Assembly (NCBI GenBank): GCA_003345595.1
Contig: PRDI01000126.1
Span: 1 to 17,162 of the forward strand
DNA length: 17,162 nucleotides
DNA from: Candidatus Thorarchaeota archaeon
GTDB taxonomy: Archaea > Asgardarchaeota > Thorarchaeia > Thorarchaeales > Thorarchaeaceae
Reading direction: 5' to 3'
In this document: positions 6,846 through 15,059 of the stretch, one piece after another
Numbering within the stretch: the first letter of the stretch is position 1
How the letters are laid out: every line of letters begins with the position of its first letter
Program-made: the position numbers and the translations under genes
The notes under the pieces: model-generated
Told to the model about the DNA's origin: nothing
The model's database searches: none
Seen by the model: the letters and a program-made list of their open reading frames with translations, nothing else

Positions 6846-7092
6846 CACTGTCGAAGCATTCTCGGCGACAGGCTCATTCAGATGCATCAGTAGTGATGCT
6901 CAGTCCGCAAGGCGACCTAGCCTAGTATTGTGACACCTGTCGTTAGCCTTTCTGACTCTTGCGGCCTGAACAGTGCCCTAGGAAACAACAGAGTCACCAT
7001 TGTGACCTTTTTAATAAACAAGAGGCGATGCACCAATGATTAAAATACCCGGAAGTCATAGAGTAGGAAGCCATTCTGGAGATGATATCTAA

Positions 7093-7302
7093 ATGGGAAA
7101 GGCTCTTGCTTGTTTTGGGTTACTCCTGATAATCATTGGAATCCTGCCGATAATCCTAACCTTGTTAGGGTATGCGACATACGCTGCTTACTTCCACCTT
7201 GGGTTCTACACCTTGATGGTAGGCACATATGCGTTCTCGGAACTCATGTTGGGCCTAATAGGGTTCGGCTTCCTTCTGTTGATTATCGGTGCTCTCAAGT
7301 AG
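7093..7302 (+). CDS. Small integral membrane protein (69 aa, two hydrophobic segments)
   Basis: Almost entirely hydrophobic and Gly-rich. GGAGATGA SD-like element at 7078-7085 and AT-rich TATA-like boxes at about 7008-7017 and 7040-7047. Confidence 0.75.
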   Translation: MGKALACFGLLLIIIGILPIILTLLGYATYAAYFHLGFYTLMVGTYAFSELMLGLIGFGFLLLIIGALK

Positions 7303-7351
7303 AGTGTAAGCGGAGGCCGCTGAGGTTTCCTCTAGATCGAGTTCAGAATCT

Positions 7352-7435
7352 TGCAGGTAGAGAGTGCCATTTCTTGCGGAAATAGGATGAATGGGGAGAC
7401 ACCTCCTCCGCAAGAACGGCATAATCCAACCTGCA
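7352..7435. other. Long imperfect inverted repeat / stem-loop upstream of speA
   Basis: TGCAGGT/ACCTGCA, GTGCC/GGCAT and TTCTTGCGGA/TCCGCAAGAA nest coaxially, with an inner GGAG-ACAC-CTCC hairpin. Confidence 0.55.
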
Positions 7436-7560
7436 TCTCTTTGTTCATCTGCATATGCGTTGCGCGTAGCAGCCGCCACGTCGGGTGCCGACCAAGAATG
7501 ATGATAAGGCAGAAGTAACGGTTCGGAGTAGAACTACGAAAACGGAATCTCCAGAATCGC

Positions 7561-9411
7561 ATGGAGAACAATCTTCTGAGAGATGGACAGCGGACTTTGT
7601 GGTCGATAGAGCAAAGCAAGTACATCTATGGGATAGGTCGCAGTGATCTGAGTTTCCTAGACATAAATAGTCAAGGACGGCTCTGCCTGCAGATCGGGAA
7701 TACGCAAGTGTCCCTCTCAAGCATAGTCGAAAGGTTCGTAAAGAGCAGTCAGGCAGACTGTTCCTCGTTTGCTCTCAGGATTCCTCTCTTTGCGGCTGAA
7801 AGGGCCGCTAGTCTGACAAAAGCGTTTCGCGACGCCATGAAAGAGTCGTCATACCGTGGCCGGTACATTCCTCTCTTTCCGATGAAAGTCAACCAGCACT
7901 ACGACGTCGTGAGAGCCGTGCTAGCGTCTGACCCAATGTACGGAGTAGAAGTTGGTTCCAAGACCGAGTTTCTAATGGCCCGAAGCATCCTAGGCCAGGA
8001 CAAATCCAGGCTGATCGTCTGCAATGGTATCAAGGATAGGAAGTACATGAGGATGATTGAGGATGCTCACGACGCGGGCCACAGCGTGGTCGTGTGCGTC
8101 GAGAATGTCGCGGAGGTTCATCTTCTTGTCAAAAGCCTACCTCATGGCGGTATCCCCATCGGCATCCGTGTCATACCTTACGTCGAACCGAGCGGACACT
8201 GGGGCTCTTTAGGCGGCAGATACTCCAAGTTCGGCCTAACAATCCATGACTTGAAGGCAGTGGTTGACGTCCTCAGGAACTATGACCTGAGGAAGGACTT
8301 CTGTTCAATCCACGCACACATTGGGTCACAGGTAACTGACCTTGGCAGCATACGCGAACTCTCAATATTCATGATGAAGGTCTACTCTTGGCTCGAGAGA
8401 GATTGTGGTCTGACTGGCCTCAAAATGGTTGACCTAGGTGGAGGACTACCCGTAGACTACGAAGGGACTCATGGCGATATCACGCTTGACAGGTACGCAA
8501 AGACGGTTGTCGAAACGGTAAGTGCCGCTTGCGGCGATCTAGGCCTGACCATGGTGCCGAGCATATTGACAGAAACAGGGCGTGCAGTCACAGCTCACAG
8601 TTCCATGATTCTTGTCAAGGTCGTTGGGCATAAGAGATCATTACCCCCTACTGACACATTACCGCCCAATGCGAGCGAGCAGATCACAAAATGGACTAAG
8701 ACAGTCCAGAAGACCAAGGACATCGCAGGTATTCGGAGGGTGTGGTCCCGCCTCAACAAGGAAATTGGAAGTGCAGATGTCGACATCGACGCGCTTGAAC
8801 GAAGGGAGCAGGTTCTTGCTCACGTAAGAGATGCCATCAGGAAGAAGATCGTTGAGCTCGGAAAGAGTGCTGCAGACTTGATCCCCCCAGAGTGGTCAGC
8901 ATATCCTGATGTCGTCGCTCTGGGCAACTTCAGCATGTTCAGCAGCTGCATTGACCACATTCTGGTACACCAGCATTTCCCCGTCATACCTATCGCAGGC
9001 CTAGATAAACAGCCAGGAACCTTGGTCCGCTTAGTAGACATGACCTGCGACAGCGACGGTGAGATTTCCACCTTCGTGCGCAGAGAACACCTCGATGGAG
9101 CTCAGCTTACGACAATCGATGGCCGACCCCTGACAGGGCCGAAGAGTGAAACCACGATAGGCATCCCCGTTCCCTCCGTCGAATCTCTGAAGGGGTCTTG
9201 TTTCGTGATAGCCCTGACCGGCGCCTACCAGGAGGCCATGGCAAGCGATCCCGGCCTTCTTGGGAAGTTGCCTGATGCAGTTCTAGCATTCAAAGACAAT
9301 CAGGTGTTCGTAGCCTGCAAGAGTGGAGACCTGAGTCTGACGTCGAAACTACGCCAATACGGGCTCGAGGTCGGCTCTTTCGACCCCTATTTCACGGGCG
9401 AGGAAGACTGA
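7561..9411 (+). CDS. speA: Biosynthetic arginine decarboxylase (fold-type III PLP, SpeA-like)
   Basis: FPMKVNQ (PLP Lys), VEVGSKTE, CNGIKD, GHWGSLGGRYSKFGL, HAHIGSQ, DLGGGLPVDY, TETGRAV, DMTCDSDG, GAYQE. The 616-aa length includes the SpeA-type insertion. Confidence 0.85.
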   Translation: MENNLLRDGQRTLWSIEQSKYIYGIGRSDLSFLDINSQGRLCLQIGNTQVSLSSIVERFVKSSQADCSSFALRIPLFAAERAASLTKAFRDAMKESSYRGRYIPLFPMKVNQHYDVVRAVLASDPMYGVEVGSKTEFLMARSILGQDKSRLIVCNGIKDRKYMRMIEDAHDAGHSVVVCVENVAEVHLLVKSLPHGGIPIGIRVIPYVEPSGHWGSLGGRYSKFGLTIHDLKAVVDVLRNYDLRKDFCSIHAHIGSQVTDLGSIRELSIFMMKVYSWLERDCGLTGLKMVDLGGGLPVDYEGTHGDITLDRYAKTVVETVSAACGDLGLTMVPSILTETGRAVTAHSSMILVKVVGHKRSLPPTDTLPPNASEQITKWTKTVQKTKDIAGIRRVWSRLNKEIGSADVDIDALERREQVLAHVRDAIRKKIVELGKSAADLIPPEWSAYPDVVALGNFSMFSSCIDHILVHQHFPVIPIAGLDKQPGTLVRLVDMTCDSDGEISTFVRREHLDGAQLTTIDGRPLTGPKSETTIGIPVPSVESLKGSCFVIALTGAYQEAMASDPGLLGKLPDAVLAFKDNQVFVACKSGDLSLTSKLRQYGLEVGSFDPYFTGEED

Positions 9412-9416
9412 CATCT

Positions 9417-9430
9417 GTTGATTTTTCAAC
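9417..9430 (+). terminator. Possible terminator after speA
   Basis: GTTGA-TTTT-TCAAC short hairpin containing a T5 run, 5 nt after the stop codon. Confidence 0.3.
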
Positions 9431-9656
9431 TGCGCGTTGTCGTACAAGATGGGCCGTGCACGAGTCGAAAGCTCTTGACAATACAGGCGGTTACCAGAGT
9501 CGCTTTGTTTCTGGCTGCAACCAGAGTGATAGAGGAACTCAGGCAGAAGTGAATCCCGAGTGAGCAGACAGACTCAGATTCATCAGAGTAGGTTGACATG
9601 TCCGCTAATCCTTTATTGGGCGGCTGTACCTGTCCATTCGTGGAGACTCCTTCAAC

Positions 9657-10085
9657 ATGACTGACTATGAGCTTCTGCAAAGATTGGCTTACCTGCAGAA
9701 GACGCTGAAGAAGCTGAAGGAACTCGGAGCCAGTGCTTTCGACGAATTCAATAGCGACTTCAGGGTGAGCGACGCGGCACTCTACAATCTTGAGGTCGCC
9801 ACAGAAACAGTGGTAGACTTGGCCAATCGGGTGATAACAAAGAGGGGTGGATCCCATCCGAGAAACCGAACCGAGACTTTTCGTACCCTCGGTACTCTTG
9901 GAGTAATTGACAAACCGGTAGAAATGGGTCTGCTCAAGCTTGCCTTGCTGAGGAATACGCGTGCGAACTCCTATGTCGATGTGAACCTGCAGGAACTATA
10001 CATTTTGCTTCGGAATGAACTGCCAATAATCAGCAAGGCCGTTAAGATTCTTAGAAAAGAACTTGGGATGGAGGAGAAGCGCTAG
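9657..10085 (+). CDS. HEPN/DUF86 (HepT-like) domain protein with variant catalytic motif
   Basis: DAALYNLEVATETVVDLA, P...ETFRTLGTLGVI and LRNTRANSYVDVN...LY match the DUF86 layout. The RX4H motif reads RNTRAN. Confidence 0.8.
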   Translation: MTDYELLQRLAYLQKTLKKLKELGASAFDEFNSDFRVSDAALYNLEVATETVVDLANRVITKRGGSHPRNRTETFRTLGTLGVIDKPVEMGLLKLALLRNTRANSYVDVNLQELYILLRNELPIISKAVKILRKELGMEEKR

Positions 10086-10154
10086 TTTCTCAAGCTGGAT
10101 TTGAGATCAAGTTCATGTACGCAGCTCACGACGAACGGACGCATCTGGTGCCTA

Positions 10155-10613
10155 CTATTGACCACGAAGCAGTCTGCGGCTTCGATGGACCTCCAGCCAG
10201 AAGAACGATGATGCGGCCAGTGCTATTACAAGTGCGTATACATTGTGGGCACCAAAGTCAAATGGAACAGTCACAGCATAGACAAGCAGCAGACCTGTAA
10301 TGAAGACAGCATAGAACGCCATCCTTGGCAAGGCGCCGTGTTCAAAGAAGAGGTAGTTGTCAAGAAACCCGAGGTCGGCGTCGTCCCTAATGTAATACTC
10401 GCCGCTCGCTGACTTCGACGCCAGTCCGAGATTGACGAGCTTCTCAAGGTGATACAACGCAACGCTGGGACTGCTTAGACTGAGCTTATTCGACAGCTCC
10501 CGGACACCCATAGCCCCTCTGTTACTCAGGAGAGATAGAAGAACTCTCCATGTGGTGGCACCCAACTGGAATGCAATGGGGAGCTCGTCCTTCTTGTGAT
10601 CAACTGGCGGCAC
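10155..10613 (-). CDS. Membrane-anchored winged-helix (ArsR-like) transcription regulator with two C-terminal TM helices
   Basis: MGVRELSNKLSLSSPSVALYHLEKLVNLGLASKSASGEY wHTH followed by two hydrophobic helices. GTG 10613 with GGAGGT SD (10620-10625) is preferred over the ATG at 10658. Confidence 0.85.
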   Translation of the reverse strand: MPPVDHKKDELPIAFQLGATTWRVLLSLLSNRGAMGVRELSNKLSLSSPSVALYHLEKLVNLGLASKSASGEYYIRDDADLGFLDNYLFFEHGALPRMAFYAVFITGLLLVYAVTVPFDFGAHNVYALVIALAASSFFWLEVHRSRRLLRGQ

Positions 10614-10630
10614 ACAGATACCTCCATCGC

Positions 10631-12448
10631 TCACTTTAGCCTGATTGCGTGCCGGCAAATCAACAATCCTACTATGTAGACCAAGGGTGCAATAGCCACA
10701 AGAAACAGACCGAACTGGGGCGTCAACGGCGAGGGGTAACTAATCCAGAAAACGAGTCCAACCGTTGCCGGCAAGAGAATCGAGACAACGTACCCCAGTT
10801 CCGCGGTTCTAGCATGCGGACCAGCTATTCTGGACATCGCCCAGCCAAGTGGACCCCAGAAAACAAAGAAGAGCACAGGGATGTTCAGCCAGATGAAACT
10901 GTCATATATTGGCTGACCAGGGACACCGGTTGCTCTCCGGAGCATGATGGAGAGGGGAATCATGAAATCCAAAGTTGCAGTAGTGGGAACCTGCCAAAGC
11001 AAGGAGCTGACAATATAGGATTGCGAGAACCAAGGGAAAACGACACTCAGACAGAGAAGGACTACCGGCCAAAACCGAGGATCGTGGGTAATGCGTGAAC
11101 GCGTGCGAGGAGTGCTGGGTTGCTGTGCCAGGAGCAAAGAACCGAGCAGCAGTCCGATCACGAACACAATCACGATGAGCTCACCCGGCGAGAGATTGAC
11201 TCCAAAGATTGTGAAGTAGGGCAGTCTCACTCGAAGTATGAAGTTCTCCGTGCCATTCGTTGTGATTTGCGCAGCCAAATACCGTCCGAATCCTATGAGC
11301 CCCGCCGTGTACCTCAGAGAAGCGGTCAATGTTGTGTTGCATGAAGGAACATATAGCGCTTCAGGATATGGCGGGGTGAGATCTACGAAGGAGTAGTATG
11401 CATCATAGCCCGGACCAACTGAAAGTGAGTCGATGATGAAAACCGGATTGATATCCAGAGAAACTCTAATCATATCAAGTCTGCATCGCAATAGTGCCTG
11501 TTCGTTGTTTCCGATCTCGAAGTCGAAACTTGGACCCGATAGTCCGCCTAACTCGCTGTAGAAACCCGAAACACAGGAGTATCTGCCCGGTTGGACATAG
11601 ATCGTCTCATTTGGTTGCGCCGGAAAGATCAGACCACCACAGATTGGATCCGTCAAGCGGGTGATGTTGACCGCGGGGACCGAGAAACGATTTTCCATTC
11701 CATACCAAGGGTGCATATACCTGCTGATGGAATCTCCATTTCGAGACTCGAGATCTATTGCCAGCGGAAGCAGGGGATACTGAGACTGAGCAATCCCGAG
11801 CAGGCGCGATAGTAGAACCGAGGCACATGACGACGTCCGGATATCAATCGTGACCAAGGCAGTAAGGCACCAGGTCCCCGGGGACTGTGCTGCGATATCG
11901 TCAAGTGGCACCGAGAGAGTGAGGCGGAGCGAATCCCCAGTTTCTGCTACCCGCGAGTCTTGGATAATAGTGGGCGTGCCCCAGAATCTGACTGAAAAAC
12001 CGACCCCTATCGGCCCGTACTCGACGTCCAGACCGATTGTATAGTTGAATGAACTGTAATCTGCATATGGGAAGCTTATGAATCGCTCGAAATAGAGGTC
12101 ACAATGTTCAATGGAGTACCTCGTTCCAGTCTCAGTAAAGGATTCCGTGAACTCAGACGCGTCAGCAGTTGTGCTAGACGCAGTGCAAGTCCAGCCAAGA
12201 CCCCGAATTGCCACGGTAGAGTTGACAGGTGTGAAATTCTCCAAACCGATTCCTGGGAATACGGAAATCGTCTGCCCCATAACGCCAGTGCAAGGTCCTT
12301 CAGACAGAAGCTCAATAGACGGCACTTGGTGAGCTGGAAGGACAAATGAAATGGCTCCGCCCAGCATAACAGCCAACATCGAGGCCGCCATGACTGACAC
12401 TAGGGCTTTTCGTCCAAGGCCAGGTGTATCTAAAGCGTCAGACTTCAT
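10631..12448 (-). CDS. Large membrane protein: N-terminal signal/TM, about 370-aa extracytoplasmic region, multi-TM C-terminus
   Basis: 605-aa ORF. Hydrophobic segment at about aa 15-37, S/T/aromatic-rich middle with N-x-S/T sequons, about 5 hydrophobic segments at the C-terminus. Stop lies 17 nt before the wHTH start. Confidence 0.8.
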   Translation of the reverse strand: MKSDALDTPGLGRKALVSVMAASMLAVMLGGAISFVLPAHQVPSIELLSEGPCTGVMGQTISVFPGIGLENFTPVNSTVAIRGLGWTCTASSTTADASEFTESFTETGTRYSIEHCDLYFERFISFPYADYSSFNYTIGLDVEYGPIGVGFSVRFWGTPTIIQDSRVAETGDSLRLTLSVPLDDIAAQSPGTWCLTALVTIDIRTSSCASVLLSRLLGIAQSQYPLLPLAIDLESRNGDSISRYMHPWYGMENRFSVPAVNITRLTDPICGGLIFPAQPNETIYVQPGRYSCVSGFYSELGGLSGPSFDFEIGNNEQALLRCRLDMIRVSLDINPVFIIDSLSVGPGYDAYYSFVDLTPPYPEALYVPSCNTTLTASLRYTAGLIGFGRYLAAQITTNGTENFILRVRLPYFTIFGVNLSPGELIVIVFVIGLLLGSLLLAQQPSTPRTRSRITHDPRFWPVVLLCLSVVFPWFSQSYIVSSLLWQVPTTATLDFMIPLSIMLRRATGVPGQPIYDSFIWLNIPVLFFVFWGPLGWAMSRIAGPHARTAELGYVVSILLPATVGLVFWISYPSPLTPQFGLFLVAIAPLVYIVGLLICRHAIRLK

Positions 12449-13030
12449 TGTTGTGCCCGCGACTGTATTTTCTGAGAATGCACATGAATCTACGTTTTAG
12501 AACGGAATGCAGCAGCCTTCTGAGATACGATCGTTCATCACTAAGGAAGGCGACCCCGGTTCAAGCATGATACAGATAGATCTGAACCAGCAAGAGCGGT
12601 CTATGATGCTCCCGCGGCAAGTGGACCAAGGGTTGCTCCGGCCACAACGCTTGCTGCAGTTATGACAAGACCCTTTCCAGCCTTCTTGAGAAGCTCTTGC
12701 AGACCCATTTGAACACCAACCAGGCGATAAGAAACGCAAGAACTGTGTTGGGCCGATACAGAGGTGCTCCATTTGATGAATCTTTACGCGATTGGCGGCA
12801 CGTCTACCCACATGCTGTCATCTGAGCACAAAGCGGGCGCCTCACAACATGCTTCTACTAGTTGGCCAACCTCTTCAGACTGCCCATGGTCGTGATAAGA
12901 ACCCCTGGCCGCTCTTGGCATTCACTACATTCGTGCTGTAGCAGAGTTCTCAAGTATGGTTAGTGAGGTGCTCGATAGACCGCGGGGAATGGAATGGTCC
13001 ACTGCGTATACTGATTCATTCATGTTCCTG

Positions 13031-13567
13031 CTATATTTCTCTCCATGGCACCTGTCTCATCTTGAAACGACTCAGTTTCTTATCCAATGCTTGAGCGTGG
13101 AACTGAAGGTGTCGGGCAGCTTCATCCACGAAAGAACGAGGGCACTGCATCAGCAGTCTGACGTAGCCCCGCATCTCCGAGTGCGGCAGAAACGGGCTCA
13201 GCGGACAGAGTGACAGGAATACCTCGCCTGTCGCAATCTGAAGAATCGGGTAGGCTCTGCAGCGCAAGGGGCGGACCTCGTATATCGAGCACGCGTTGTC
13301 GTGCAGATATGGACAGTCGCCATTCTCATACCAAGACGTGATCCGGACATCTTCGGAAATGATGTCGAAGTAATCCGGATACCCAGCGTTGACTATGGCG
13401 CGCACTTCTTCCTTGGTAGCTACGGCACCGCCATATCGGCAGCAGTGCGCGCCGCACTCAACACAGATGCTGCGCGTGTCTGGCGGTGTGCCGCCGACGT
13501 GGCTGTGAGCCGACGATCTCCTGAAGCTGTCATGAAGAGTCTTTCTACGGGGCGACAAATCGACCAT
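13031..13567 (-). CDS. YkgJ-family (CxxCxxCC) zinc/iron-chelating cysteine-cluster protein
   Basis: CVECGAHCC, CPYL, CSIYEVRPLRCRAYP. Exact start uncertain. Confidence 0.85.
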   Translation of the reverse strand: MVDLSPRRKTLHDSFRRSSAHSHVGGTPPDTRSICVECGAHCCRYGGAVATKEEVRAIVNAGYPDYFDIISEDVRITSWYENGDCPYLHDNACSIYEVRPLRCRAYPILQIATGEVFLSLCPLSPFLPHSEMRGYVRLLMQCPRSFVDEAARHLQFHAQALDKKLSRFKMRQVPWREI

Positions 13568-13680
13568 ACTGAGTTCTCTTGTCTAATAACAATAATGGCT
13601 CGCTGGGCGACAGGCCAAACGCATATGAGCGTATTCTCCCAATAACCCAACAGTGTTGCGACAATCGAGGTGATTCTGCC

Positions 13681-14814
13681 GTGATAACCTGCAGCGCATG
13701 CGGCAAGGCCAACCAGCCGACACGTAAGTTCTGTATCCGTTGTGGGGCCTCTCTGCTTATGAAAGTCCAAGAACCAAAGCAAAAGGAAACATCTCCTGCT
13801 CCGGAATCGAAGGCTGCGCCTGCTGCAGCTCCTGTGAGGAAGACGAACAGACCGGACTCGACTGTGCCGCCTGAGAAGCTAAGCGTCACCACAGGAGATA
13901 GCTGGGTGCGTCCCAGCTCTGTCGAGCGCGATCGTTTCAGGACTGGCGAACGGCACACCGGGAAGACCGAGCTTGAGAAGGCCCGAGAAGCTTTTGCGAT
14001 TGCTGACAAATCAGATGTCGAAACCCGCATGCTCAGAGCAAGCGAGGTCAGACAGCTCATGGCAGAAGCTTCGACTGCTCCTCAGACGCCAGCGGCTCCT
14101 CCACCAAGGGCTGCACCAATGACAGAGCCGCCTAGGCCAGCTCCACCCAGACCGGCTAGGCCCATCGAATCGGCGCCTCCTGCAAGTGCACAGAAACCTC
14201 CGGGTGTGACAGCAGAAGAACCAGCAGCAACGCCTAGGCCGCCTTCTGCCATGCCCCCGGGGCCAAGACCAACGATAAGCAGGAATGGGCTATCCGAGGA
14301 CGAATCTGAACTCGAAACCATACGAGAGCCTGTTTTCAAACCTGCTCCACCGGCGCCACTTCGTCCACCAGCACCAGCAGCCCCGGCGGCGATACCACCA
14401 CAGCGGCCATCTCCGTCACGGGTGCCGCAAGAAGCAGTCACTTCGCGCTCAAGTTACTCTGGCGACAGCAGAATCAGAGACGTAGAATCCGACATTACAC
14501 ATTTCAACCAGCAGCTTCAGCAGTTCGAGTCCGAACTGGAGACCACTCGCTCGCGTCTGGATGCGGAAGTCGAACGGTTCCGCGCCGCCGCGGAGTCCAA
14601 GAAGACTAAGGCCGATAATCTAGAAGACGATCTTCGCCGTGCGAAGAACGAGTGGAGCGAAACTGACAAGGATTACCGCAAGGCAAAGAGCCGCAGAGAC
14701 AAGGAAGTTGAGGATGCAGGGAAACGCATCGAGGACCAGAAGAAACGCGTCAAGAACGCCGAAGCTGCCAGAGAAAAGCGGATTCGTGAGATCGAGAAGG
14801 AAAAGCAGGTCTGA
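13681..14814 (+). CDS. Zinc-ribbon / proline-rich / coiled-coil protein
   Basis: GAGGTGA SD (13667-13673) before GTG 13681. CSACGKANQPTRKFCIRCG zinc ribbon, long Pro/Ala-rich linker, and a highly charged helical C-terminus of about 115 aa. Confidence 0.85.
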   Translation: MITCSACGKANQPTRKFCIRCGASLLMKVQEPKQKETSPAPESKAAPAAAPVRKTNRPDSTVPPEKLSVTTGDSWVRPSSVERDRFRTGERHTGKTELEKAREAFAIADKSDVETRMLRASEVRQLMAEASTAPQTPAAPPPRAAPMTEPPRPAPPRPARPIESAPPASAQKPPGVTAEEPAATPRPPSAMPPGPRPTISRNGLSEDESELETIREPVFKPAPPAPLRPPAPAAPAAIPPQRPSPSRVPQEAVTSRSSYSGDSRIRDVESDITHFNQQLQQFESELETTRSRLDAEVERFRAAAESKKTKADNLEDDLRRAKNEWSETDKDYRKAKSRRDKEVEDAGKRIEDQKKRVKNAEAAREKRIREIEKEKQV

Positions 14815-14927
14815 TGCGTAGAGCAGTGAAGCGCGGCAAGAATGCTGAGGCAGCCAGATAGAAACGCGTTCAGAGAGTCATTAGAGGGTCTTCTTCCAGA
14901 GATGGACGTCAGTCTTCTGAGTGAAAC

Positions 14928-14963
14928 CCACCGAAGCATAGAGCCTACTTGCCGCTTCGGTGG
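14928..14963. other. Hairpin between convergent genes (possible bidirectional 3' end structure)
   Basis: CCACCGAAGC (14928-14937) and GCTTCGGTGG (14954-14963) form a perfect 10-bp stem with a 16-nt loop. Confidence 0.5.
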
Positions 14964-15059
14964 CAGCCGCTCCGATTATGCACATTGAGACGGGTCGATA
15001 CTTCCTCGCACGTCGGAAGCCCTCGCATATCACGGCCTCTGAAGCAGTACGACCGGTCA

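Noticed and set aside
10649-12349. Multiple plus-strand ORFs antisense to the 605-aa membrane protein (and similar antisense ORFs elsewhere)
   Set aside because: They are shadow ORFs of well-supported genes and have no independent motifs.
12449-13030. 580-bp intergenic region with ORF 12497-12811 (-) and a start-less open plus frame (about 12607-12824)
   Set aside because: No recognisable domains, SD or strong structure. It cannot be supported as a gene or ncRNA from sequence alone.
13579-13680. N-terminal extension of the Zn-ribbon protein from the TTG at 13579
   Set aside because: A strong GAGGTGA SD precedes GTG 13681, and the extension would fill the divergent promoter region.
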